From NCBI RefSeq assembly GCF_009914755.1, contig NC_060937.1: 64,000 nt of DNA. The stretch is one strand, 5' to 3'. The notes under the pieces are model-generated. The model had not been told where the DNA came from. It ran no database searches and was given only the letters and a program-made list of their open reading frames with translations. A program made the position numbers and the translations under genes. This stretch comes from the human T2T-CHM13v2.0 reference genome, Homo sapiens. Positions 31,671-47,800 of the stretch are shown piece by piece. Every line of letters begins with the position of its first letter. Within the stretch, counting starts at the first letter, position 1.

Positions 31671-34600
31671 CACAAACCATATCTTATATACTGTACATAA
31701 AATATCAATGTAACCAAGGTATATATTCTATACTGTACAAAAAATATCAAAGTACCCAAAGCATGTATTATATACTGTACATAAAATATGAAAGTACATC
31801 AAATATATATTTTATTCTGTACATAAAATATCAAAGTACACCAGATATATATTCCATAGTGTACATAAAATATCAAAGTACCCAAACTATACAGTATATA
31901 CTGTACATAAAATATGAAATTACATCAAATATATATTAGGTACATAAAATATGAAAGTACATCAAATATAGATTATATACTGTACATAAAATATCAAAGT
32001 ACCCCAAATATATATTATATACTCTACAGGAAATATCAAAGTTCACACACTATATATTATATACTGTACATAAAATATCAAAATACCCAAGGTATATATT
32101 CTATACTGTACAAAAAATATCAAAGTACCCAAAGAATGTATTATATACTGTATGTAAAATATGAAAGTACATCAAATATATATTTTATTCTGTACATAAA
32201 ATATCAAAGTACACCAGATATATATTCTATAGTGTACATAAAATAACAAAGTACACAAACTATAAATTATATACTGTACATAAAATATGAAATTACATCA
32301 AATATATATTAGGTACATAAAATATGAAAGTACATCAAATATAGATTATATACTGTACATAAAATATCAAAGTACCCCAAATATGTATTATATACTGTAC
32401 ATGAAATATCAAAGTTCACACACTATATATTATATACTGTACATAAAATATCAAAGTACCCAAGGTATATATTCTATACTGTACAAAAAATATCAAAGTA
32501 CCCAAAGCACGTATTATATACTGTACATAAAATATGAAAGTACATCAAATATATATTTTATTCTGTACATAAAATATCAAAGTACACCAGATATATATTC
32601 TATAGTGTACATAAAATAACAAAGTACACAAACTATAAATTATATACTGTACATAAAATATGAAATTACATCAAATATATATTAGGTACATAAAATATGA
32701 AAGTACATCAAATATAGATTATATACTGTACATAAAATATCAAAGTACCCCATATATTATATACTGTACATGAAATATCAAAGTTCACAAACTATATATT
32801 ATATACTGTACATAAAATATCAAAGTACCCAAGGTATATATTCTATACTGTACAAAAAATATCAAAGTACTCAAAGCACGTATTATATACTGTACATAAA
32901 ATATGAAAGTACATCAATTATAGATTTTATTCTGTACATAAAATATCAAAGTACACCAGATATATATTCTATAGTGTACATAAAATATCAAAGTACCCAA
33001 ACTATACATTATATACTGTACATAAAATATGAAATTACATCAAATTTATATTAGGTACATAAAATATGAAAGTACATCAAATATAGATTATATACTGTAC
33101 ATAAAATATCAAAGTACCCCAAATCTATATTTTATACTGTACATGAAATATCAAAGTTCACAAACTATATATTATATACTGTACATAAAATACCAAAGTA
33201 CCCAAGGTATATATTCTATACTGTACAAAAAATAACAAAGTACCAAAAGCATGTATTATATACTGTACCTAAAATATGAAAGTACATCAAATATATATTT
33301 TATTCTGTACATAAAATATCAAAGTACACCAGATATATATTCTATAGTGTACATAAAATATCAAAGTACCCAAACTATACATTATATACTGTACATAAAA
33401 TATGAAATTACATCAAATATATATTATATTAGGTACATAAAATATGAAAGTACATCAAATATAGATTATATACTGTATATAAAATATCAAAGTACCCCAA
33501 ATATATATTTTATACTCTACATGAAATATCAAAGTTCACAAACCATATATTATATACTGTACCTAAAATATCAAAGTACCCAAGGTATATATTCTATAGT
33601 GTACAAAAAATATCAAAGTACCCAAAGCATGTATTATATACTGTACATAAAATATGAAAGTACACCAAATATATATTTTATTCTGTACATAAAATATCAA
33701 AGTACACCAGATATATATTCTATAGTGTACATAAAATATCAAAGTACCCAATCTATACATTATATACTGTACATAAAATATGAAATTACATCAAATATAT
33801 ACTAGATACATAAAATATGAAAGTACATCAAATATAGATTATATACTGTACATAAAATATCAATGTACAACAAATATATATTTTATACTCTACATGAAAT
33901 ATCAAAGTTCACAAACTACATATTATATAATGTACATAAAATATCAAAGTACCCAAGGTATATATTGTATACTGTACAAAAAATATCAAAGTACCCAAAG
34001 CATGTATTATATAGTGTACATAAAATATGAAAGTACATCAAATATATATTTTATTCTGTACATAATATAACAAAGTACACCAGATATATATTCTATAGTG
34101 TACATAAAATATCAAAGTACCCAAACTATACATTATATACTGTACATAAAATATGAAATTACATCAAATATATATTATATTAGGTACATAAAATATGAAA
34201 GTATATCAAATATAGATTATATACTGTATATTAAATACCAAAGTATCCCAAATATATATTTTATACTGTACATGAAATATCAAAGTTCACAAACTATATA
34301 TTATATACTGTACATAAAATATCAAAATACCCAAGTTATATATTCTATACTGTACAAAAAATATCAAAGTACCCAAAGCATGTATTATAAACTGTACATA
34401 AAATATGAAAGTATATCAAATATATATTTTATTCTGTACATAAAATATCAAAGTACACCAGATATATATTCCATAGTGTACATAAAATATCAAACTACCC
34501 AAACTATACATTATATACTGTACATAAAATATGAAATTACATCAAATATATATTATATTAGGTTCATAAAATATGAAAGTACATCAAATATAGATTATAT

Positions 34601-37600
34601 ACTGTACATTAAATACCAAAGTACCCCAAATATATATTTTATACTGTACATGAAATATCAAAGTTCACACACTATATATTATATACTGTACATAAAATAT
34701 CAAAGTACCCAAGGCATATATTCTATACTGTACAAAAAATATCAAAGTACCCAAAGCGTGTATTATAAACTGTACATAAAATATGAAAGTACATCAAATA
34801 TATATTTTATTCTGTACATAAAATATCAAAGTACACCAGATATATATTCTATAGTGTATATAAAATATCAAAGTACCCAAACTATACATTATATACTGTA
34901 CATAAAATATGAAATTACATCAAATATATATTATATTAGGTACATACAATATGAAAGTACATCAAATATAGATTATATACTGTACATTAAATACCCAAGT
35001 ACCCCAAATATATATTTTATACTGTACATGTAATATCAAATTTCACAAACTATATATTATATACTGTACATAAAATATCAAAGTACCCAAGGTATATATT
35101 CTATACTGTACAAAAAATATCAAAGTACCCAAAGCATGTATTATAAACTGTACATAAAATATGAAAGTACATCAACTATATATTTTATTCTGTACATAAA
35201 ATATCAAAGTACACCAGATATATATTCTATAGTGTACATAAAATATCAAAGTACCCAAACTATACATTATATACTGTACATAAAATATGAAATTACATCA
35301 AATATATACTATGTTAGGGACATAAAATATGAAAGTACATCAAATATAGATTATATACTGTACATAAAATATCAAAGTACCCAAATATATATTATATACT
35401 CCACAGGAAATATCAAAGTTCACACACTATATATTATATACTGTACTTAAAATATCAAAGTACCCAAGGTATATATTCTATACTGTACAAAAAATATCAA
35501 AGTACCCAAAGCATGTATTATATACTGTATGTAAAATATGAAATTACATCAAATATATATTTTATTCTGTACATAAAATATCAAAGTACACCAGATATAT
35601 ATTCTATAGTGTACATAAAATAACAAAGTACACAAACTATAAATTATATACTGTACATAAAATATGAAATTACATCAAATATATATTAGGTACATAAAAT
35701 ATGAAAGTACATCAAATATAGATTATATACTGTACATAAAATATCAATGTACCCCAAATATATATTATATACTCTACAGGAAATATCAAATTTCACAAAC
35801 CATATATTATATACTGTACAAAAAATATCAAAGTACCCAAGGTATATATTCTATACTGTACAAAAAATATCAAAGTAAACAAAGCATGTATTATATACTG
35901 TATATAAAATATGAAAGTACATCAAATATATATTTTATTCTGTACATAAAATATCAAAGTACACCAGATATATATTCTATAGTGTACATAAAATAACAAA
36001 GTACACAAACTATAAATTATATACTGTACATAAAATATGAAATTACATCAAATGTATATTAGGTACATATAATATGAAAGTACATCAAATATAGATTATA
36101 TACTGTACATAAAATATCAAAGTAACCCAAATATATATTATATACTGTACATGAAATATCAAAGTTCACAAACTATATATTATATACTGTACATAAAATA
36201 TCAAAGTACCCCAGGTATATATTCTATACTATACATAAAATATGAAAGAACATCAAATATAGATTATATACTGTACATAAAATATCAAAGTACCCCAAAT
36301 ATATATTATATACTCTACAGGAAATATCAAAGTTCACAAACTATATATTATATACTGTGCCTAAAATATAAAAGTACCCAAGGTATATATTCTATACTGT
36401 ACAAAAAATATCAAAGTACCCAAAGCATGTATTATATACTGTACATAAAATATGAAAGTACATCAAATATATATTTTATTCTGTACATAAAATATCAAAT
36501 TACACCAGATATATATACTATAGTGTACCTAAAATATCACAGTACCCAAACTATACATTATATACTGTACATAAAATATGAAATTACATAAAATATATAT
36601 TATATTAGGTACATAAAATATGAAATTACATAAAATATATATTATATTAGGTACATAAAATATGAAAGTACATCAAATATAGATTATATACTGTACATTA
36701 AATAACAAAGTACCCCAAATATATATTTTATACTGTATATGAAATATCAAACTTCACAAACTATATATTATATACTGTATATAAAATATCAAAGTACCCA
36801 AGGTATATCTTCTATACTGTACAAAAGATATCAAAGTACCCAAAGCATGTATTATATACTGTACATAAAATATGAAAGTACATCAAATATATATTTTATT
36901 CTGTACATAAAATATCAAAGTACACCATATATATATTCTATAGTGTACATAAAATATAAAAGTACCGAAACTATTTATTATATACTGTACATAAAATATG
37001 AAATTACATCAAATATATATTATATTAGGTACATAAAATATGAAAGTACATCAAATATAGATTATATGCTGTACATAAAATATCAAAGTACCCCAAATAT
37101 ATATTACTCTACATGAAATATCAAAGTTCACAAACTATATATTATATACTGTACATAAAATAAAGTACCCAAGGTACATATTCTATACTGTACAAAAAAT
37201 ATCAAAGTACCCAAAGCATGTATTTTATACTGTACATAAAATATGAAAGTACATCAAATATATATTTTATTCTGTACATAAAATATCAAAGTACACCAGA
37301 TATATATTCTATAGTGTACATAATATATCAAAGTACCCAAACTATACATTATATATTGTACATAAAATATGAAATTACATCAAATATATATTATATTAGG
37401 TACAGAAAATATGAAAGTAAATCAAATATAGATTATATACTGTACATAAAATATCAAAGTACCCCAAATATATATTATATACTGTACATGAAATATCAAA
37501 GTTCACAAACTATATATTATATACTGTACATAAAATATCAAAGTACCCAAGGTATATATTCTATACTGTACAAAAAATATCAAAGTACCCAAAGCATGTA

Positions 37601-40600
37601 TTATATACTGTACATAAAATATGAAAGTACATCAAATATATATTTTATTCTGTACATAATATATCAAAGTACACCAGATATGTATTCTATAGTGTACATA
37701 AAATATCAAATTACCCAAACTATACATTATATACTGTACATAAAATATGAAATTACATCAAATATATATTATATTAGGTACATAAAATATGAAAGTACAT
37801 CAAATATAGATTATATACTGTACATAAAATATCAAAGTTCACAAAGTTTATATTATATACTGTACATAAAATATAAAAGTACCCAAGGTATATATTCTAT
37901 ACTGTACAAAAAATATCAAAGTACCCAAAGCATGTATTATATACTGTATATAAAATATGAAAGTACATCAAATATATATTTTATTCTGCACATAAAATAT
38001 CAAAATACACCAGATATATATTCTATAGTGTACATAAAATAACAAAGTACACAAACTATACATTATATACTGTACATAAAATATGAAATTACATCAAATA
38101 TATATTAGGTACATAAAATATGAAAGTACATCAAATATAGATTATATACTGTACATATAATATCAATGTATCCCAAATATATATTTTATACTCTACATGA
38201 AATATCAAAGTTCACAAACCATATATTATATACTGTACATAAAATAACAAAGTACCCAAGGTATATATTCTATACTGTACAAAAAATATCAAAGTACCCA
38301 AAGCATGTATTATATACTGTACATAAAATATGAAAGTACATCAAATATATATTTTATTCTGTACATAAAATATGAAGTACACCAGATATATATTCTATAG
38401 TGTACATAAAATATCAAAGTACCCAAACTATACATTATATACTGTACATAATATATGAAATTACATCAAATATATTTTATATTAGGTACATAAAATATGA
38501 AAGTACATCAAATATAGATTATATACTGTACATAATATATCAATGTACCCCAAATATATATTTTATACTCGACATGAAATATCAAAGTTCACAAACCATA
38601 TATTATATACTGTACTTAAAATATCAAAGTACCCAAGGTATATATTCTATACTGTACAAAAAATATCAAAGTACCCAAAGCATGTATTATATACTGTACA
38701 TAAAATATGAAAGTACATCAAATATATATTTTATTCTGTACATAAAATATCAAAGTACACCAGATATATATTCTATAGTGTACATAAAATATCAAAGTAC
38801 CCAAACTATACATTATATACTGTACATAAAATATGAGATTACATCAAATATATATTATATTAGGTACATAAAATATGAAAGTACATCAAATATAGATTAT
38901 ATACTGTACATAAAATATCAAAGTACCCCAAATATATATTATATACTCTACAGGAAATATCAAATTTCACACACTATATATTATATACTGTACATAAAAT
39001 ATCAAAGTACCCAAGGTATATATTCTATACTGTACCAAAAATATCAAAGTACCCAAAGCATGTATTATATTCTGTATATAAAATATGAAAGTACATCAAA
39101 TATATATTTTATTCTGTACATAAAATATCAAAGTACACCAGATATATATTCTATAGTGTACATAAAATAACAAAGTACACAAACTATAAATTTTATACTG
39201 TACATAAAATATGAAATTACATCAAATATATATTAGGTACATAAAATATGAAAGTACATCAAATATAGATTATATACTGTACATATAATATCAATGTACC
39301 CCAAATATATATTTTATTCTCTACATGAAATATCAAAGTTCACAAACCATATCTTATATACTGTACATAAAATATCAAAGTACCCAAGGTATATATTCTA
39401 TACTGTACAAAAAATATCAAAGTACCCAAAGCATGTATTATATACTGTACATAAAATATGAAAGTACATCAAATATATATTTTATTCTGTACATAAAATA
39501 TCAAAGTACACCAGATATATATTCTATAGTGTACATAAAATATCAAAGTACCCAAACTATACATTATATACTGTACATAAAATATGAAATTACATCAAAT
39601 ATATTTTATATTAGGTACATAAAATATGAAAGTACATCAAATATAGATTATATACTGTACATTAAATACCAAAGTACCCCAAATATATATTTTATACTGT
39701 ACATGAAATATCAAAGTTCACAAACTATATATTATATACTCTACATGTAATATCAAAGTACCCGAGGTATATATTCTATACTGTACAAAAAATAACAAAG
39801 TACCAAAAGCATGTATTATATACTGTACCTAAAATATGAAAGTACATCAAATATATATTTTATTCTGTACATAAAATATCAAAGTACACCAGATATATAT
39901 TCTATAGTGTACATAAAATATCAAAGTACCCAAACTATACATTATATACTGTACATAAAATATGAAATTACATCAAATATATATTATATTAGGTACATAA
40001 AATATGAAAGTACATCAAATATATATTTTATTCTGTACATAAAATATCAAAGTACACCAGATATATATTCTATAGTGTACATAAAATATCAAAGTACCCA
40101 AACTATACATTATATACTGTACATAAAATATGAAATTACATCAAATATATTTTATATTAGGTACATAAAATATGAAAGTACATCAAATATAGATTATATA
40201 CTGTACATTAAATACCAAAGTACCCCAAATATATATTTTATACTGTACATGAAATATCAAAATACACAAACTATATATTATATGCTGTACATAAAATATC
40301 AAAGTATCCAAGGTATATATTCTATAATGTACAAAAAATAACAAAGTACCAAAAGCATGTATAATATACTGTACATAAAATATGAAAGTACATCAAATAT
40401 ATATTTTATTCTGTACATAAAATATCAAAGTACACCAGATATATATTCTATAGTGTACAAAAAATATCAAAGTACCCAAACTATACATTATATACTGTAA
40501 ATAAAATATGAAATTACATCAAATATATTTTATATTAGGTACATAAAATATGAAAGTACATCAAATATATATTTTATTCTGTACATAAAATATCAAAGTA

Positions 40601-41899
40601 CACCAGATATATATTCTATAGTGTACATAAAATATCAAAGTACCCAAACTATACATTATATACTGTACATAAAATATGAAATTACATCAAATATATTTTA
40701 TATTAGGTACATAAAATATGAAAGTACATCAAATATAGATTATATACTGTACATTAAATACCAAAGTACCCCAAATATATATTTTATACTGTACATGAAA
40801 TATCAAAATACACAAATTATATATTATATACTGTACATAAAATATCAAAATACCCAAGGTATATATTCTATACTGTACAAAAAATAACAAAGTACCAAAA
40901 GCATATATAATATACTGTACATAAAATATGAAAGTACATCAAATATATATTTTATTCTGTACATAAAATATCAAAGTACACCAGATATATATTCTATAGT
41001 GAACATAAAATATCAAAGTACCCAAACTATACATTATATACTGTACATAAAATATGAAATTACATCAAATATATTTTATATTAGGTACATAAAATATGAA
41101 AGTACATCAAATATAGATTATATACTGTACATTAAATACCAAAGTACCCCAAATATATATTTTATTCTGTACATGAAATATCAAAATACACAAACTATAT
41201 ATTATATACTGTACATAAAATATCAAAGTACCCAAGGTATATATTCTATACTGTACAAAAAATAACAAAGTACCAAAAGCAAGTATAATATACTGTACAT
41301 AAAATATGAAAGTACATCAAATATATATTTTATTCTGTACATAAAATATCAAAGTACACCAGATATATATTCTATAGTGTACATAAAATATCAAAGTACC
41401 CAAACTATACATTATATACTGTACATAAAATATGAAATTACATCAAATATATTTTATATTAGGTACATAAAATATGAAAGTACATCAAATATAGATTATA
41501 TACTGTACATTAAATACCAAAGTACCCCAAATATATATTTTATACTGTACATGAAATATCAAAATACACTAACTATATATTATCTACTGTACATTAAATA
41601 TCAAAGTACCCAAGGTATATATTCTATACTGTACAAAAAATAACAAAGTACCAAAAGCATGTATAATATACTGTACATAAAATATGAAAGTACATCAAAT
41701 ATATATTTTATTCTGTACATAAAATATCAAAGTGCACCAGATATATATTCTATAGTGTACATAAAATATCAAAGTACCCAAACTATAAATTATATACTGT
41801 ACATAAAATATGAAATTACATCAAATATATTTTATATTAGGTACATAAAATATGAAAGTACATCAAATATAGATTATATACTGTACATAAAATATCAAA

Positions 41900-44800
41900 G
41901 TTCCCAAATATATATTATATACTGTACATGAAATATCAAAGTTCACAAACTATATATTATATCCTGTTAATAAAATATCAATTTACCGAAGGTATATATT
42001 CTATACTGTACAAAAAATATCAAAGTACCCAAAGCATGTATTATATACTGTATATAAAATATGAAAGTACATCAAATATATATTTAATTCTGTACATAAA
42101 ATATCAAAGTACACCAAATATATATTCTATACTGTACATAAAATATCAAGGTACACAAACTATACATTATATACTGTACATAAAAGATGAAATTACATCA
42201 AAAATATATGATATTAGGTACATAAAATATGAAAGTACATCAAATATAGATTGTATACTGTACATAAAATACCAAAGTACCCCAAATATATATTATATAC
42301 TCTACATGAAATATCAAAGTTCACAAACTATATATTATATACTGTACATAAAATATCAATGTACCCAAGGTATATATTCTATACTGTACAAAAAATATCA
42401 AAGTACCCAAAGCATGTATTATATACTGTACATAAAATATGAAAGTACATCAAATATATATTTTCTTCTGTACATAAAATATCAAACTACAGCAAATATA
42501 TATTCTATACTGTACAAAAAATATCAAAGTACCCAAACTATACATTATATACTGTAAATAAAATATGAAATTACATCAAATATCTATTATATTAGGTACG
42601 TAAAATATGAAAGTCCATCAAATATAGATTATATACTGTACATAATATACCTAAGTACCCCAAATATATATTTTATACTGTACATGAAATATCAAAGTTC
42701 TCAAACTATATATTATATACTGTACATAAAATATCAAAGTACCCAAGGTATATATTCTATACTGTACAAAAAATATCAAAGTACCCAAGGTATGTATTAT
42801 ATGCTGTACATAAAATATGAAAGTACATCAAATATATATTTTATTCTGTACATAAAATATCAAAGTACACCGAATATATATTCTATACTGTACATAAAAT
42901 ATCAGAGTACCCAAACTATACATTATATACTGTACATAAAATATGAAATTACATCAAATATATATTATATTAGGTACATATAATATGAAAGTACATCAAA
43001 TATAGATTATATACTGTACATAAAATATCAAAGTACCAAAATATATATTATATACTGTACATGAAATATCAAAGTTCACAAACTATATATTATATACTGT
43101 ACCTAAAATATCAATGTACCCAAGGTATATATTCTATACTGTACATAAAATATCAAAGTACCCAACCTATACATTATATACTGTACATAAAATATGAAAG
43201 TACATCAAATATATATTTTATTCTGTACATAAGATATCAAAGTACACCAAATATATATTCTATACTGTACATAAAATATCAAAGTAACCAAACTATACAT
43301 TATATACTGTATATAAAATATGAAATTATATCAAATATATATTATATTAGGTACATAAAATATGGAAGTACAACAAATATAGATTATATACTGTACATAA
43401 AATATCAAAGTACCCAAATATATATTATATACTGTACATGAAATATCAAAGTTCACAAGCTATATATTATATACTGTACATAAAATATCAATGTACCCAA
43501 GGTATATATTCTATACTGTACAAAAAATATCAAAGTACCCAAAGCATGTATTATATACTGTACATAAAATATAAAATTAAATCAAATATATATTTCATTC
43601 TGTACAGAAAATAACAAAGTACACCAGATATATATTTTATAGTGTACATAAAATATCAAAGTACCCAAACTATACATTACATACTGTACATAAAATATGA
43701 AAGTACATCAAATATATATTATATTAGGAATATAAAATATGAAACTACATCAAATATAGATTATTAACTGTACATAAAATATCAAAGTACCCCAAATATA
43801 TATTATATACTGTACATGAAATATCAAAGTTCACAAACTATATATTATATACTGTACATAAAATATCAAAGTACCCAAGGTATATATTCTATACTGTACA
43901 AAAAATATCAAAGTACCCAAAGCATGTATTATATACTGTACATAAAATATGAAAGTACATCAAATATATATTTTATTCTGTACATAAAATATCACAGTAC
44001 ACCAGATATATCTTGTATAGTGTATATAAATATCAAACAACCCAAACTATACATTATATACTGTACATAAAATATGAAATTACATCAAATATATATTATA
44101 TTAGTTACCTAAAATATGAAAGTACATCAAATATAGATTATATACTGTACATAAAATATCAAAGTACCCCAAATATATATTATATACTGTACATGAAATA
44201 TCAAAGTTCACAAACTATATATTATATACTGTACATAAAATATGAAATTACATCAAATATATATGATATTAGGTACATAAAATATGAAAGTACATCAATT
44301 ATATATTTTATTCTGTATATAAAATATCAAAGTACACCAGATATATATATTATAGTGTACATAAAATATCAAAGTACCCAAACTATAGATTATATACTGT
44401 ACATAAAATATGAAATTACATCAAATATATATTATATTAGGTACATAAAATATGAAAGTACATCAAATATAGATTATTAACTGTACATAAAATATCAAAA
44501 ATCCCCAAATATATATTATATACTGTACATGAAATATCATACTTCACAATCTATATATTATATACTGTACATAAAATATCAAAGTACCCAACGTATATAT
44601 TCTATACTGTACAAAAAATATCAAAGTACCCAAAGCCTGTATTATATACTGTACATAAAATATGAAAGTACATCAAATATGTATTTTATTCTCTACATAA
44701 ATTATCAAAGTACACCAGATATATATTTTATAGTGTACATAAAATATCAAATACGCAAACTATACATTATATACTGTACATAAAATATGAAATTACATCA

Positions 44801-47800
44801 ACTATATATTATATTAGGTACATAAAATATGAAAGTACATCTAGTATAGATTATATACTGTACATAAAATATCAAAGCAGCCCAAATATATATTATATAC
44901 AGTACATGAAATATCAAAGTTCGCAAACTATATATTATATATTGTAGATAAAATATCAAAGTACCCAAGGTATATAATCTATACTGTATAAAAAATATCA
45001 AAGTATCCACAGCATGTATTATACACTGTACATGAAATATGAAAGTACATCAAGTATATATATTATTCTGTACATAAAATATAAAAGTACACCAGATATA
45101 TATTTTATAGTGTACATAATATATCAAAGTACCCAAACTATACATTATATACTGTACATAAAATATGAAAGTACATCAAATATATATTATATTAGTTACC
45201 TAAAATATGAAAGTACATCAAATATAGATTATTAACTGTACATAAAATATCAAAGTACCACAAATATATATTATATACTGTACAAGAAATATCAAAGTTC
45301 ACAAACTATATATTATATACTGTAGATAAAATATCAAAGTATCCAAGGTATATATTCTATACTGTACAAAAAATATCAAAGTACCCAAAGCATATATTAT
45401 ATACTGTACATAAAATATGAAAGTACATCAAATATATATTTTATTCTGTACATAAAATATCAAAGTACACCAGATATATATTTTATAGTGTACATAAAAT
45501 ATCAAAGTACCCAAAATATACATTATATACTGTACATAAAATATGAAATTACATCAAATATATATTATATTAGGTACATAAAATATGAAAGTACTTGTAG
45601 TATAGATTATATACTGTACATAAAGTATCAAAGTACCCCAAATATATATGATATACTGTACATGAAATATCAAAGTTCACAAACTATATATTATATACTG
45701 TAGATAAAATATCAAAGTACCCAAGGTATATATTCTATACTGTACAAAGAATATCAAAGTACCCAAAGCATGTATTATATACTGTACATAAAATATGAAA
45801 GTACATCAAATATATATTTTATTCTGTACATAAAATAACAAAGTACACCAGATATATATTTTATAGTGTACATAAAATATCAAAGTACCCAAAGCAAGTA
45901 TTATATACTGTACATAAAAGATGAAAGTACATCAAATATATATTTTATTCTGTAGATAAAATATCAAAGTACACCAGATATATATTTCATAGTGTACATA
46001 AAATATCAAAATACCCAAAGTATACATTATAAACTGTACATAAAATATGAAATTACATCAAATATATATTATATTAGTTAACTAAAATATGAAAGTACAT
46101 CAAATATAGATTATTAACTGTACATAAAATATCAAAGAACCTCAAATATATATTATATACTGTACATGAAATATCAAAGTTCACAAACTATATATTATAT
46201 ACTCTACATAAAAAATCAAGGTACCCAAGGTATTTATTCTATACTGTACAAAAAATATCAAAGTACCCAAAGCATGTATTATATACTGTACATAAAATAT
46301 GAGAGTACATCAAATATATATTTTATTCTGTACATAAAATATCAAAGTACACCATATATATATTTTATAGTGTACATAAAATATCAAAGTACCAAAACTA
46401 TACATTATATACTGTACATAATATATGAAATTACATCAAATATATATTATATTAGGTACATAAAATATGAAATTACATAAAATATAGATGATATACTGTA
46501 CATAAAATATCAAAGTAGCCCAAATATATATTATACAGTGAACATGAAATATCAAAATTTACAAAATATATATTATATAATGTACATAAAATATCAAATT
46601 ACCCAAAGCAAGTGTTATATACTGTACATAAAAGATGAAAGTACATCAAATATATATTTTATTCTGTACATAAAATATCAAAGTACACCAGATATATATT
46701 TTATAGTGTACATAAAATATCAAGGTACCCAAACTATACATTATATACTGTACATAAAATATGAAATTACATCAAATATATATTATATTAGGAACATAAA
46801 ATATGAAAGTACATCAAATATAGATTATTAACTGTACATAAAATATCAAAGAACCCCAAATATATATTATATACTGTACATGAGATATCAAACTTCACAA
46901 ACTATATATTATATACTGTACATAAAATATCAAAGTACCCAAGGTATATATTCTATACTGTACAAAAAATATCAAAGTACCCAAAGCATGTATTATATAC
47001 TGTACATAAAAGATGAAAGTACATCAAATATATATTTTATTCTGTACATAAAATATCAAAGTACACCAGATATATATTTTATAGTGTACATAAAATATAA
47101 AAGTACCCAAACTATACATTATATACTGTACATAAAATATGAAATTACATCACATATATATTATATTAGGTACATAAAATATGAAAGTACATCAAATATA
47201 GATTATATACTGTACACAAAATATAAAAGTACCCCAAATATATATTATATACTGTACAAGAAATATCAAAATACACAAACTATATATTATATACTGTAGA
47301 AAAAATATCAAAGTACCCAAAGCAAGTATTATTTACTGTACATAAAAATGAAAGTACATCAAATATATATTTTATTCTGTACATAAAATATCAAAGTACA
47401 CCAGATATATAATTTATAGTGTACATAAAACATCAAGGTACACAAACTATACATTATATACTGTACATAAAATATGAAATTATGTCAAATATGTATTATA
47501 TTGGGTACATAAAATAGGAAAGTACATCAAATATAGATTATTAATTGTACATAAAATATCAAAGAACCCCAAATATATATTATATACTGTACATGAAATA
47601 TCAAAGTTCACAAACTATATATTATATACTGTACATAAAATATCAAGGTACCCAAGGTATATATTCTATACTGTACAAAAAATATCAAAGTACCCAAAGC
47701 ATGTATTATATACTGTACGTAAAATATGAGAATACATCAAATATATATTTTATTCTGTACATAAAATATCAAAGTACACCAGATATATATTTTATAGTGT

